In this document: one piece after another, positions 33,361 to 43,599 of the stretch
Position numbering within the stretch: position 1 is the stretch's first letter
Layout of the letters: each line of letters starts with the position of its first letter
DNA from: an uncultured delta proteobacterium
Lineage (GTDB): Bacteria > Desulfobacterota > Binatia > UBA9968
Direction of reading: 5' to 3'
Assembly: GCA_963745835.1 (NCBI GenBank)
Contig: CAVUZH010000020.1
Span: 128,001 to 192,000, forward strand
DNA length: 64,000 bases
Notes under the pieces: model-generated
Database searches by the model: none
What the model saw: the letters and a program-made list of their open reading frames with translations, nothing else
Told to the model about the DNA's origin: nothing
Made by a program: the position numbers and the translations under genes

Positions 33361-34803
33361 TTATTTCATTTTAAAGCTCGGCGGCACCACTTCATCGATG
33401 CTCTTTCCGGTCCAATGCCATTTCGGAACACTGTCCCAGACTTGTTCCCCTTTTTTCTGAACTTTGTCGAGTAGCTCTTGCTCATCCAGGCGAAGGTATT
33501 TGTAATCGTCCACCAGTCTTTCGCCGTCGACGATGACGGTTCGCACATCGCGGCTGACGGCGTTTTCCATCAACGATCGAATGGGGTCGCGGACCGCGCC
33601 AAAGGTGAGGTCGCGGAGATTGACGATCGCAATATCGGCTTTGGCCCCTCTTTCTAATCTTCCGATATCGTTGCGCCCGAGCATCTTGGCGCCGCCTAAG
33701 GTCGCCGCGTTGAACACGTCTCGCGGGTGGCCGGACATGAAGCTCTTGTCGGCGACGCGCGACGCGAGCGCAGCGTAACGCATATCCGACAGAATATCTT
33801 TGGGGAAAGTGTCGGTTCCAATGCCCATGTTGATTCCAGCTTTGAGATAACGGTCGAAGGACTCCATAGTGATACCTAGCTTCAGGTATTTGAGCGGGCT
33901 GTAGGCAACCGAAGCGCCCGAATCGGCGATAATCTTAAGATCATCGCCATATGGATACGCAAGCCAGCTATGGCCGCTGATGAAAATGCAATGAGAAAGA
34001 GAAACCTGCGGATCCAAGAAGCCGATCTTTTGCAGCAACTCGATAGGCGTGCAGCGTTCACGCTGCATCACGGTATGGAATTCGAACAAATTGATCGTCG
34101 CATGGATCTGAATTCGAATGCCGGCATCGTTTGCCGCTTTTTTCGTTTGTTTAAGCAAATCAGGTGTGCAGGAATCGACGTGTCCGGGAAACAACATAGC
34201 ACTCATGCGCCCGTTGCAAGCCCCATCAAATTGCTTTGCGAACTGGACCGCGTTTTTCAAGCCTTCGCTGCCGCGAGCCTCATCCCAGTCGTACTCTAAG
34301 CGGCCCTCGGGGTCGTGAAAAAAACTGACGTTCTTGTAGCTCGGGCCGGTGGCCGTTCGGATGCCGACCTCGTCGACCATGTCGACGAATCGCTCCGGCT
34401 CTGCGCCCGGACCGCCGATCTCAAAAGTAGTCGTTACCCCACTCTTTATTAGATGGATCAAGGAAAACCTCTGGCCAACATCGACATCTTTTAAGTGAGC
34501 GGAATGAGAGCCTTCACGAGTCGGCCCGCCGTGAGCTAGATAATTGGCCGCGAAGAAATCCAATTTCGTGGAATCATTCAGAATGTAATCGCTGGCATTG
34601 ATTCCCGAATGGAAATGAGTGTCGATGAAGCCGGGTGAAACCAAGCAGCCCTTGGCATCGATCTTTCTGTCTACAGCTTGAGAGTAGTCTTTGCCGACGA
34701 ATTCGATTCGATTGCCATCGTAGACGACCAGGCCGTCCTTGATGATCTCATGTTGTGTCCCGTCAAATCCGACTACGAATCCGCCTTGAATTAAAGTTTT
34801 CAT
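33361..34803 (-). CDS. Amidohydrolase family protein (AtzA/TrzA/MtaD-like)
   Basis: PGFIDTHFH, QIHA, SHC, GIGTD and ATLGGAK.LG...G.LE.GAKAD motifs. Confidence 0.88.
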   Translation of the reverse strand: MKTLIQGGFVVGFDGTQHEIIKDGLVVYDGNRIEFVGKDYSQAVDRKIDAKGCLVSPGFIDTHFHSGINASDYILNDSTKLDFFAANYLAHGGPTREGSHSAHLKDVDVGQRFSLIHLIKSGVTTTFEIGGPGAEPERFVDMVDEVGIRTATGPSYKNVSFFHDPEGRLEYDWDEARGSEGLKNAVQFAKQFDGACNGRMSAMLFPGHVDSCTPDLLKQTKKAANDAGIRIQIHATINLFEFHTVMQRERCTPIELLQKIGFLDPQVSLSHCIFISGHSWLAYPYGDDLKIIADSGASVAYSPLKYLKLGITMESFDRYLKAGINMGIGTDTFPKDILSDMRYAALASRVADKSFMSGHPRDVFNAATLGGAKMLGRNDIGRLERGAKADIAIVNLRDLTFGAVRDPIRSLMENAVSRDVRTVIVDGERLVDDYKYLRLDEQELLDKVQKKGEQVWDSVPKWHWTGKSIDEVVPPSFKMK

Positions 34804-35061
34804 GCCTAGCCTTTCAGTCATTTTTTAGGACACGGGCAGGACTAACAAAAGAATTTGGCCAAGACAAGCTATGCCTTTAACCTCGGACGAGAATCTTTGG
34901 GGGCATTTGACCGGAGGTGTTTAGGATAACGAGCTTCTCTGATTGTAAGATAAACTACTTATAGAGGAACGTCGCTCCGGTTGGCGATCTTTTTGATGCT
35001 GAGATGGTCCGAGGCGACTCATAAATCGGTGGCGGGCGGGGGATAGTGATCAAGATCCTGG

Positions 35062-36094
35062 CTAAACGGCGAAGCGGAAGTGAACGATGTCACCGTCCTT
35101 CACGACGTAATCTTTACCTTCGAGACGCAGCTTACCGGCCTCCTTGCATTTGGACTCGCTGCCAAGCGCCATGAAGTCGTCATAAGCGACGACTTCGGCT
35201 CGAATAAAGCCACGCTCAATATCGCTGTGAATCTTGCCCGCGGCTTTGCGCGCTACGGTTCCGTGAGTAATGGTCCAGGCTCGGACTTCATCCTCTCCGG
35301 ATGTAAAAAAACTGATCAGATCGAGCAAGCGATAAGAGGCGCGAATGAACCGGTCTCGCGCAGGTTCCTCTATGCCGATCTCTTTAAGAAAAGCGACGCG
35401 ATCAGCTTCGTCCAATTGCGCGATCTCCATCTCGGCCTTGGCCGCCAGCGCCAGACCCTCCAAGCCGCGCCGTTTCAATTCTTCCAAATAATTAGAATCC
35501 AGCGGCTGCCCAGCCTGCTCTTCCGACTGGTTCAGCAGCACAAGCAGAGGCTTACGGCTCAAAAACCCGAAACCGGCAAGCAAACTCTCTTCATCGGGAG
35601 TGAACGTCAAGTTTCGGAGGCTTTCTTCGTTTTCCAGAGCGGTAACCGCGCGCTCCAACAAATTCTCTTCAAGCGGGCGCGCCTTTTCTTTCTTGAGACG
35701 GGAGCGGCGATTTTCGATGATCCCGAGGTCGGCCAGAATCATCTCCGTGAGAAGATTGTTAAGCTCCCTAATAGGTTTGGCATCGGCCTCAAAGTTACCC
35801 AAGACCAGAGCCATGGCATCGACCTCGCGCATCTGTGCTACTCGCATTGTTGGCTTTGAGATTGTCCTCCCCCTGACTTGGCGGAAAGTCAGTGAAGCGA
35901 ATCTCGGCATAGGTTGTTTTTCTAGGCTTGAAGATTTGGGAAAGCTTATCGATTCGGGGATCAGGAACCTTTATGACACCCAGATGGACTTCTTCCTTGC
36001 CGGCGAAGCCGCCGATCTGGGCATTTAGCCCCGTCAGCATATTAAAAATAGTCGTCTTACCGGCACCACGGGGGCCGATCAATCCTACTTTCAT
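35062..36094 (-). pseudogene. ychF: YchF-family Obg-like ATPase, split by one frameshift near 35842 (possibly an assembly error)
   Basis: N-part GPRGAGKTT...VPDPR.DKL..IFKP; C-part FFTSGEDEVRAW...AAGKIHSDIERGFIRAEV...RLEGKDYVVKDGD. The frames join at AAT GCG A GTA GCA. Confidence 0.85.
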
Positions 36095-36295
36095 ATGGCT
36101 TGGTTCCTCAACGACAGACGATTTGATGCGGCTAGCAGTTTAGAAGATGAGTAAGCCCGACAATGATTTGCGCCTGGACGCTATTCGCGGTTTCTCGCGC
36201 CGGTTTTTTTCCGCGAATGTTCTTAGCCGATCGCCGCCTGGCGACTCACACCCCGAATCACCGATCTCCAAGCAAACCGCTGATCCTGACGTTTG

Positions 36296-36811
36296 CTAGC
36301 CGGCAGCGCGCGTTACAGGCTGGCGGCTTTGTCTTTCCGCCGCCTTTTCCTTCCAGCGCAATAACCCCTGCCGCAAGTAGCTGACATCGAAGCCGAGCGC
36401 CTCGCAAATGTTCTCGAACGAGAAAAGGTAGGATTTGTCCTCTGCGTCAAACCATTCCTCGGCCTCTTGATAAAGCGCCCGCTTTCTCTTGCACGTTGCT
36501 GCAATATTCTCCTGAAAGCAAGTAACAGCGTCCTGCAAAACCGCCAGCATCAGCACCTTCTCAGGATCCAACCGGAAGGTTCTTTGATAAGTCGCAAGAA
36601 ACTGCTCAGGAATGAGAATGTCAGATTGAAAAACAGCAAATGCTTTTTCTTCAGACGCGGCATTGGAATGTCCAGGGCTCTTGGCCCAAAAAGGCGACCG
36701 ACCTTGGCTATGATTATTCGAAACATTATTCGAAACCTGTGCCTCGAATCGTTTTTTCGCAATCACGGAAAACCTCCATTCTGCAATAGAAACAGTGTTC
36801 GTGGCGATCAC
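36296..36811 (-). CDS. Conserved hypothetical protein, paralog of 31678-32076
   Basis: DILIPEQF...PEKVLMLAVLQDAV.CF...AEEW...LFSFENICEALGFD..YLR.GL. True start uncertain. Confidence 0.8.
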   Translation of the reverse strand: MIATNTVSIAEWRFSVIAKKRFEAQVSNNVSNNHSQGRSPFWAKSPGHSNAASEEKAFAVFQSDILIPEQFLATYQRTFRLDPEKVLMLAVLQDAVTCFQENIAATCKRKRALYQEAEEWFDAEDKSYLFSFENICEALGFDVSYLRQGLLRWKEKAAERQSRQPVTRAAG

Positions 36812-36915
36812 GCCTGCGTCTGACGGCAGACGGATACTGCAAGAACTTCAACGCCACTGAATAGCACCGCCGGAGCGGGGCTAAATCGAGCGAAGCCGAC
36901 AGTTAACGAGAAAAA

Positions 36916-37254
36916 TCAAATCAACAGCACTGACTGGAGAATCTGAAGGGAAACCTTGGGCACGTGGTTCTCTAAGAAAAAGGCCAGTTTAACTGGATCG
37001 ACAACCCGGACGTAATTGATCCTATAAGTTTGAAAGTTCGGCTGTGCAGATCGCGGAACATCACCGCTCAGACAGATGACTGCCAGTCTCTCGGGAAATG
37101 TGTCGGATCCTAATAAACCGTCGCCGGAGGCGTGATCGGACGAGGCCGTGGTGTATAACGGCCCTTCCGAAGCAGGCTCGTACGCGAGGCTCATGGTAAA
37201 GGCGCCGAACGTGAAAAATATCAGAATCGCCGAAACCATGAGGCTTTTTTTCAT
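36916..37254 (-). CDS. Hypothetical protein with N-terminal signal/TM and a hydrophobic C-terminus
   Basis: MKKSLMVSAILIFFTFGAFTMSLA signal-like start; ends PKVSLQILQSVLLI*; TTGACT promoter-like site upstream. Confidence 0.55.
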   Translation of the reverse strand: MKKSLMVSAILIFFTFGAFTMSLAYEPASEGPLYTTASSDHASGDGLLGSDTFPERLAVICLSGDVPRSAQPNFQTYRINYVRVVDPVKLAFFLENHVPKVSLQILQSVLLI

Positions 37255-37481
37255 GTGATAGGTGGATTTCAATCTATTTACCATCTTTACGCTAACATTC
37301 ATCGAATGAAAGTCAACAGTGCCTTAATGCGTTTTTCGGTATAACAGATTCGCATTATTGCTAAGGTGCACATTCAACCGCTTTAGCCAAAGAATTGCTC
37401 TTACCATCAGACGAACACCGAGAGTCGCGGTAGCAGGAGGACTGTTTGACCAAGCCAGGCAAGATGCTAAAGTCAGTCACT

Positions 37482-38660
37482 ATGCCTCTGGCTACTATTG
37501 AAGAAGCGATTAATGACATTCGCCGTGGGAAGATGGTCATCCTTATGGATGACAAAGATCGCGAGAATGAAGGGGACTTGTGCATGGCGGCGGAAAAAGT
37601 CACTCCCCAGGCAATAAATTTCATGGCAACTCACGGCCGAGGCCTGATTTGTCTCACCCTAACTGAGGAAAGGGTGAGATTGTTGAATCTTTCTATGATG
37701 GTGTCGGAAAATACCTCTCCGTTCGGCACCGCGTTTACGGTCTCGATCGACTCCGTGCTCGGTATCACCACCGGAATATCGGCGGCTGACCGGGCCAAGA
37801 CGATCCTTGACGCCATCGAAGACGATGCCAAGCCTCAAGATCTAGTTACGCCGGGACATATTTTTCCATTGCGCGCGCGCAATGGTGGCGTTTTGGTACG
37901 AGCAGGTCAGACTGAGGGCTCGGTTGATTTGGCGCGTTTAGCCGGTCTGAAGCCCGCTGGAGTCATCTGCGAAATTATGAAAGATGACGGTACGATGGCG
38001 CGCCAACCGGATCTGATGAGGTTCGCGCGCAAGCACAAGTTGAAAGTAGTGACAATTGCCGACCTGATCCAATATCGACTTAACTACGATTCCTTGGTTT
38101 ATCAGGCGGCGAGTGCGCCACTGCCGACGCGCATGGGCGGGCAGTTTCAGGCGATCGTTTATAATACTCACGTCGATCAAAGTGAGCACCTTGCATTGAT
38201 TAAAGGTCATATTTCTCCAAAAGAAGAAACTCTAGTGCGAGTTCACACGAAATACGTCCCAGGCGATGTTTTCGGCTTCGAGCTGCTCAACACAGGCAGG
38301 GTCATTCAGAGTTCAATGGAAATCATCGCCAGAGAAGGCAAAGGCGTGATCCTCTATTTGCAACCTGAGCACAAAGGCTTAAGTCCGGCAATGGTTACCT
38401 ACCCCACAGTTCAGGGTAAGCAACAAAAGAATATCAATCTTTCATTTATCTATCGCGCGGACTTCAAAGAATACGGGATTGGCGCGCAGATACTGCGCGA
38501 CTTGGGCGTGCGTAAGATGCGGCTACTTACCAATAATAAGAAGCACCTGGTCGGGCTCCGCGGATACGGGCTCGAAGTGACATCGCTCATGCCAATTCCG
38601 CGCGACAACCCGCTGCGTGAAGCCGCCAAGCAAAGACGAACCAAAAGTAGAAACGCTTAA
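37482..38660 (+). CDS. ribB: DHBP synthase fused to a degenerate GTP cyclohydrolase II domain (RibBX-type)
   Basis: [41 protein letters not shown]. The C-domain [13 protein letters not shown] lacks the Zn-binding cysteines. Confidence 0.9.
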   Translation: MPLATIEEAINDIRRGKMVILMDDKDRENEGDLCMAAEKVTPQAINFMATHGRGLICLTLTEERVRLLNLSMMVSENTSPFGTAFTVSIDSVLGITTGISAADRAKTILDAIEDDAKPQDLVTPGHIFPLRARNGGVLVRAGQTEGSVDLARLAGLKPAGVICEIMKDDGTMARQPDLMRFARKHKLKVVTIADLIQYRLNYDSLVYQAASAPLPTRMGGQFQAIVYNTHVDQSEHLALIKGHISPKEETLVRVHTKYVPGDVFGFELLNTGRVIQSSMEIIAREGKGVILYLQPEHKGLSPAMVTYPTVQGKQQKNINLSFIYRADFKEYGIGAQILRDLGVRKMRLLTNNKKHLVGLRGYGLEVTSLMPIPRDNPLREAAKQRRTKSRNA

Positions 38661-38786
38661 AGTTCGGGCTCTTGAACGCTTCGCTCAATTATCGGGAAAA
38701 AGGAATTGCCTGTCGAACTGCCGGCCGGCGGCTAATGGCGAAAGAGTTTCAGAATCCCAGCATACAGCTTTTCTGACGGCGCTAGT

Positions 38787-39305
38787 CTATTCAGATTTCT
38801 TGAGGTAGTTGGGCAATTCGGCGCGAATTCTCTTGAGCGCCTCGCCAACATTTGAGAAAACTCGCTCTCGGACCAATTGTCCATCGACCCAATAATCCAG
38901 TGCCGGCGCATCGGTGAAATTGATATCCACATAACGCTCGCCAACGGGTTCGCCGGTGATGACAACCCGCACAGAATAACCGGCGTCAACGATCAGCCCC
39001 CGGGCCCCAGGAGGTAACGGCAAGCCGGTTTTGATTTTGGCCAACTTCTCCGGCGGATAGGTTCCGACGTCCATCGAAAAGTAGCCCCATTCTCCAGGCC
39101 GGACCGTCAGTTCCTTGAGCAGTCGCGCGTTGATATCGACGAGGTTCTTCGCCGCCTGATCCTGATTGTAACCCCTGAGCAGTTCGTAGGCCCACTTCTC
39201 GATAATTCCGGGTACGGGAGCTAGCGGCTTTTCGCGTTCCTTAACCGGGCCGCGATCGATCCACCATTTGCTTTCTTCAAGCGTCTCGTTCTTTTCGTCG
39301 GCCAT
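38787..39305 (-). CDS. Hypothetical protein (172 aa)
   Basis: Protein-like composition; starts 28 bp after the stop of the upstream co-directional gene. No family recognised. Confidence 0.7.
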   Translation of the reverse strand: MADEKNETLEESKWWIDRGPVKEREKPLAPVPGIIEKWAYELLRGYNQDQAAKNLVDINARLLKELTVRPGEWGYFSMDVGTYPPEKLAKIKTGLPLPPGARGLIVDAGYSVRVVITGEPVGERYVDINFTDAPALDYWVDGQLVRERVFSNVGEALKRIRAELPNYLKKSE

Positions 39306-39333
39306 ATAGTCGTCGCCGTTGTTCTGCGGCTCG

Positions 39334-40326
39334 CTAAATTTTAAATTCCTCCAGAGTACTTTTGGCAAAAAGCGTATCAACATCCACAGGCTTGCTGATC
39401 AGTCCTTGCTCGTGAGTGTACTGCACAAGCGTCTCTAGAATATGGCGATTCGCTTCCAGGCCGTACGCCCAGGGATCATCGCCGAGAACCTCGCGCTCTT
39501 TTTCCATCTCATCGATGGACCACGCCAGCATATATTTGAGCGCGGAGAATTCGTACATGCTTTCCTGGCATAACTTCTTGGACTCGTTGAAAGCCTTGAA
39601 TAGGCTCTGCGCGATCCAAGGATTGTTTTCGTAAACTTCCTCGCGAATCACCACGGTGTGCATGATAGGAAAGATCTTGGTGCGACGGAAGTAGTCTTGC
39701 TCGACCTCGCGAAAATTTGGTATCAGCCGCTGCACTTTGGGATGACGTCTAACAAACGGCGATGGCATATGCGCTGAGATCATCGCATCGATCTCGCCCG
39801 TTGCCAACATGCCTGAAAGTGTATTCCCCGCCGGAATCGGTCGGATATCGATATTGGTCGGCAAGTTATGGCTCACCTTATCCTCTCGACCCGGGTGCTC
39901 TTCACCCCCGGTAAACCATTTCATCTTTTCCGGAGGAACTCCGTATTCATGCTGCAGGATGCCCCGCGCCCAGGTAGCCATGGTGATCTGATATTCGGGT
40001 ACCCCGACTTTTTTTCCTGCCATATCGGCTGGTTTTCTGATGCCGGAATCAGTGTTGATATAGATACAGGAGTGCCGGAATGTCTTGGACGGAAAGACCG
40101 GGATCGCAATCAACTTGGGCGCGCCTTTGTCCCGCGACATAAGGTAAGAACCAGTCGACATCTCCGCTGCATCGAACTCCCCGTAGCGCAGCATTCGCCA
40201 GAAGGTCTCTTCCACTCGCAACGGCAAATAAGTCAAATCAACGCCTTCGACTTCGACTCTGCCGTCTTGTAGCGCGCGGGTGCGATCGTAGTCCCAACAG
40301 GCCAGTGTCAAACGGATTTTTCCCAT
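39334..40326 (-). CDS. 4,5-dihydroxyphthalate decarboxylase-like / PBP2-fold substrate-binding family protein
   Basis: LACWDYDRT..L.DGRV, FD.AEMS, IPVFPS..FRH, GVPEYQ.T...W.RG.L, FPIMH and DPW.YG...NR motifs; no signal peptide. Confidence 0.85.
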   Translation of the reverse strand: MGKIRLTLACWDYDRTRALQDGRVEVEGVDLTYLPLRVEETFWRMLRYGEFDAAEMSTGSYLMSRDKGAPKLIAIPVFPSKTFRHSCIYINTDSGIRKPADMAGKKVGVPEYQITMATWARGILQHEYGVPPEKMKWFTGGEEHPGREDKVSHNLPTNIDIRPIPAGNTLSGMLATGEIDAMISAHMPSPFVRRHPKVQRLIPNFREVEQDYFRRTKIFPIMHTVVIREEVYENNPWIAQSLFKAFNESKKLCQESMYEFSALKYMLAWSIDEMEKEREVLGDDPWAYGLEANRHILETLVQYTHEQGLISKPVDVDTLFAKSTLEEFKI

Positions 40327-40372
40327 GCTGTTCTCCTATTCACTAGATAAATGATTGACTTTGCGCGCCGAA

Positions 40373-40570
40373 TTACTTTATTCCGGCAAAGAACTGATTT
40401 GCGCCGACCACGAACTGGTCTTTGTCGCCCTGCAGCACGACGGCCGCTTCCCCCGAAGCAAGCGTCGTCCGCCGCTGAATAGTATAGGTGTTTCCTCGAA
40501 AGATGACTTGCTGCCCGGGGCGATACTGCTCTAGTTTCAAATGATCGTGCTGCGGATCAATCTTTTCCAT
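40373..40570 (-). CDS. Small hypothetical beta-rich protein (65 aa)
   Basis: Fills the gap co-directionally ahead of 39334-40326; YRPGQQVIF resembles an SH3/KOW-like start. Confidence 0.6.
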   Translation of the reverse strand: MEKIDPQHDHLKLEQYRPGQQVIFRGNTYTIQRRTTLASGEAAVVLQGDKDQFVVGANQFFAGIK

Positions 40571-40685
40571 GGCAGATTTTCATAACACATTCACAATTAA
40601 AGCGTAAATCGCGGCGCTTTATGACGGGTGTGAAATTGACATCGGCTAGAGCCGAGAATACAGTCGAACATCGCCAGGGACAAAC

Positions 40686-41615
40686 ATGCGAATTGCGGTG
40701 ATGGGCACAGGAGCGGTGGGCGGATACTTCGGCGCGAAACTTGCCGCTGCCGGCGATGATGTCGTATTCATTGCCCGACAAAGACATCTGCCAGGGTTGC
40801 GCCGCAGCGGATTGCGCATCGAAAGCTTCAATGGCGATCTGCGCGTGCGCAATGGGTTGTTTACCGACTCGCCTGCCGATGCCGGCGTGATGGATTTGGT
40901 GCTCTTCTGCGTCAAGTCTTACGATACAACTGAAGCGGCAGCGGCGCTGGCCCCAATGATCAGCAAACAAACGGCCATTCTTTCGCTTCAAAATGGCATC
41001 GATAATCCCGACAAGATAGCCGGATTTTGGGGCACGGAAAGAACTTTGGCCGGCGTGGTTTATATCGGCGCACAGGTGTCGGCCCCGGGTGTGATCCAGC
41101 ATTCGTCCGGGGGGAAGATCGTTCTCGGACCGATTAGCGGTCATCCGGGCGACACCGCTCACAGAGTCGAGCAAAGGCTGTCGCGCGCGGCGATCCCATG
41201 CGCGATCAGCGCCGCCATCGAGCAAGTTCAGTGGGCAAAGCTGCTGTGGAATGCGCCCTTCTGCGCCATTTCGTGCTTAACCCGCTCCACGGTTCGTGAG
41301 ATCGTCGAGTCGGAAGCTCTCACCAATCTTGCCTTGGACTGCATGAAAGAAGTCCAAGCCGCGGCGCGCATTCGCGGCATCGACCTGAAGACCGAACTAT
41401 TTGATCAAACACTGGCTTTTTCCAAGGGCTTGGGCGATTTCAAAACGTCGATGCTGCAGGATCTGGAAGCACGTAAGCCGCTCGAATACGACGCCCTCAA
41501 CGGATTTGTCATGCGCTTACTGGAGCGAGCCGGAGAGCAAGCGACCATCAACAGGGTGTTTCACGGTACGTTGAGTTTTCTGGATAACAAAGTTCGCGAG
41601 GAGGCCTCAGGCTAA
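40686..41615 (+). CDS. panE: 2-dehydropantoate 2-reductase family protein
   Basis: GTGAVGGYFG, CVKSYD, LQNG, W.KLLWN and SMLQDL...KPLE motifs; TTGACA-N17-TACAGT upstream. Confidence 0.92.
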   Translation: MRIAVMGTGAVGGYFGAKLAAAGDDVVFIARQRHLPGLRRSGLRIESFNGDLRVRNGLFTDSPADAGVMDLVLFCVKSYDTTEAAAALAPMISKQTAILSLQNGIDNPDKIAGFWGTERTLAGVVYIGAQVSAPGVIQHSSGGKIVLGPISGHPGDTAHRVEQRLSRAAIPCAISAAIEQVQWAKLLWNAPFCAISCLTRSTVREIVESEALTNLALDCMKEVQAAARIRGIDLKTELFDQTLAFSKGLGDFKTSMLQDLEARKPLEYDALNGFVMRLLERAGEQATINRVFHGTLSFLDNKVREEASG

Positions 41616-41618
41616 CAC

Positions 41619-42527
41619 ATGCGACAAGTACTACGGATGCGGAGGATGACGCGAGTTCTATTACTCACAGTCGGCGGGTTTTTTATGGCAGCAGCGACGG
41701 TCAATGCTCAGGCCAATAAGGATCTCGTTGCCCAAGGCCAGTACCTCTTCGCCATCGCAGGCGGTTGCGCCTGTCATACTGTGCCAAAAGAAACTTACCA
41801 TACCGGCGGCCGTGCGTTTCCGATTCCCTTGGGCACCGTGTTCAGCACAAACATCACTCAAGACAAAGAAACCGGATTGGGAGATTGGAGCGATCAGCAA
41901 ATTCATGACGCTATGAACGCCGGGATCAGGCGCGACGGCAGCCGGTTGTTGCCCGTAATGCCGTACGAAGCCTATTCCGGCATGGCTCAGCAAGATCTTA
42001 AATCGTTGCTCGCTTACATGAGGACTTTGAAACCGGTGAAAAAAACGACGCCTGATCTGAAGACGTGGGTGCCCTTGGTGCGCAGCGTGGCAGTGCCTGT
42101 TTATCTCAAAGTCTTTGGCGGTTCATCGAATTCGCCCGCGCAAGCGCCAAAGAGCGGGGTCGAACGCGGGCGTTACCTGGTTAATCACGTGTCGATTTGC
42201 GGCGATTGCCACACGTCAAGAAACTCGATTGGCGTTCCAAACCGTTCGCAATACCTTGCCGGCACCATCGCTAAAAATGGCCCGCTCGGAGAAGAGGTGC
42301 CGAACATTACATCTGACAAAGAAACCGGTATCGGCGATTGGAAACGCGAAGATATTGCCGAGCTACTAATTACGGGGACAAAACCAGACTTCGATAATGT
42401 GCAGGGTCTCATGTCCGAGGTCATCCAGGGAACCCCGCACGGCTATAAAGACATGCGGCGGGAAGACGCCCTGGCTATCGCCGACTATCTAAAGTCGATC
42501 CCGCCGATCAAGAACAAGATCAAATAG
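41619..42527 (+). CDS. Periplasmic diheme c-type cytochrome (dehydrogenase cytochrome subunit-like)
   Basis: Signal peptide; two repeats with G.YL...C(x)xCHT, NIT.DKETG.GDW and MP/MS axial Met. The first heme motif is CACH, the second CGDCH. Confidence 0.88.
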   Translation: MRQVLRMRRMTRVLLLTVGGFFMAAATVNAQANKDLVAQGQYLFAIAGGCACHTVPKETYHTGGRAFPIPLGTVFSTNITQDKETGLGDWSDQQIHDAMNAGIRRDGSRLLPVMPYEAYSGMAQQDLKSLLAYMRTLKPVKKTTPDLKTWVPLVRSVAVPVYLKVFGGSSNSPAQAPKSGVERGRYLVNHVSICGDCHTSRNSIGVPNRSQYLAGTIAKNGPLGEEVPNITSDKETGIGDWKREDIAELLITGTKPDFDNVQGLMSEVIQGTPHGYKDMRREDALAIADYLKSIPPIKNKIK

Positions 42528-42601
42528 CGCCGCGGCGCTTGTTAGCAGGCACGTAAAATCAACTTCGTTTAACGAAGTGGTAAGGTGAGTAAGCCTCGAC
42601 G

Positions 42602-43582
<981 letters not shown>

Positions 43583-43599
43583 CGAACTGCCTTTCTGAT

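Noticed and set aside
36183-36218. ATTCGCGG...CCGCGAAT inverted repeat as a terminator
   Set aside because: Long loop and no U-tract in the required orientation.
36713-36736. Perfect 12-bp tandem duplication ATTATTCGAAAC
   Set aside because: Two copies, in frame (VSNN twice) in a variable N-terminus; consistent with simple slippage, not CRISPR.
36836-36860. Sigma54-like TGGCGT...TTGCA upstream of the 36811 gene
   Set aside because: GG-to-GC spacing is 13 nt rather than the required 10.
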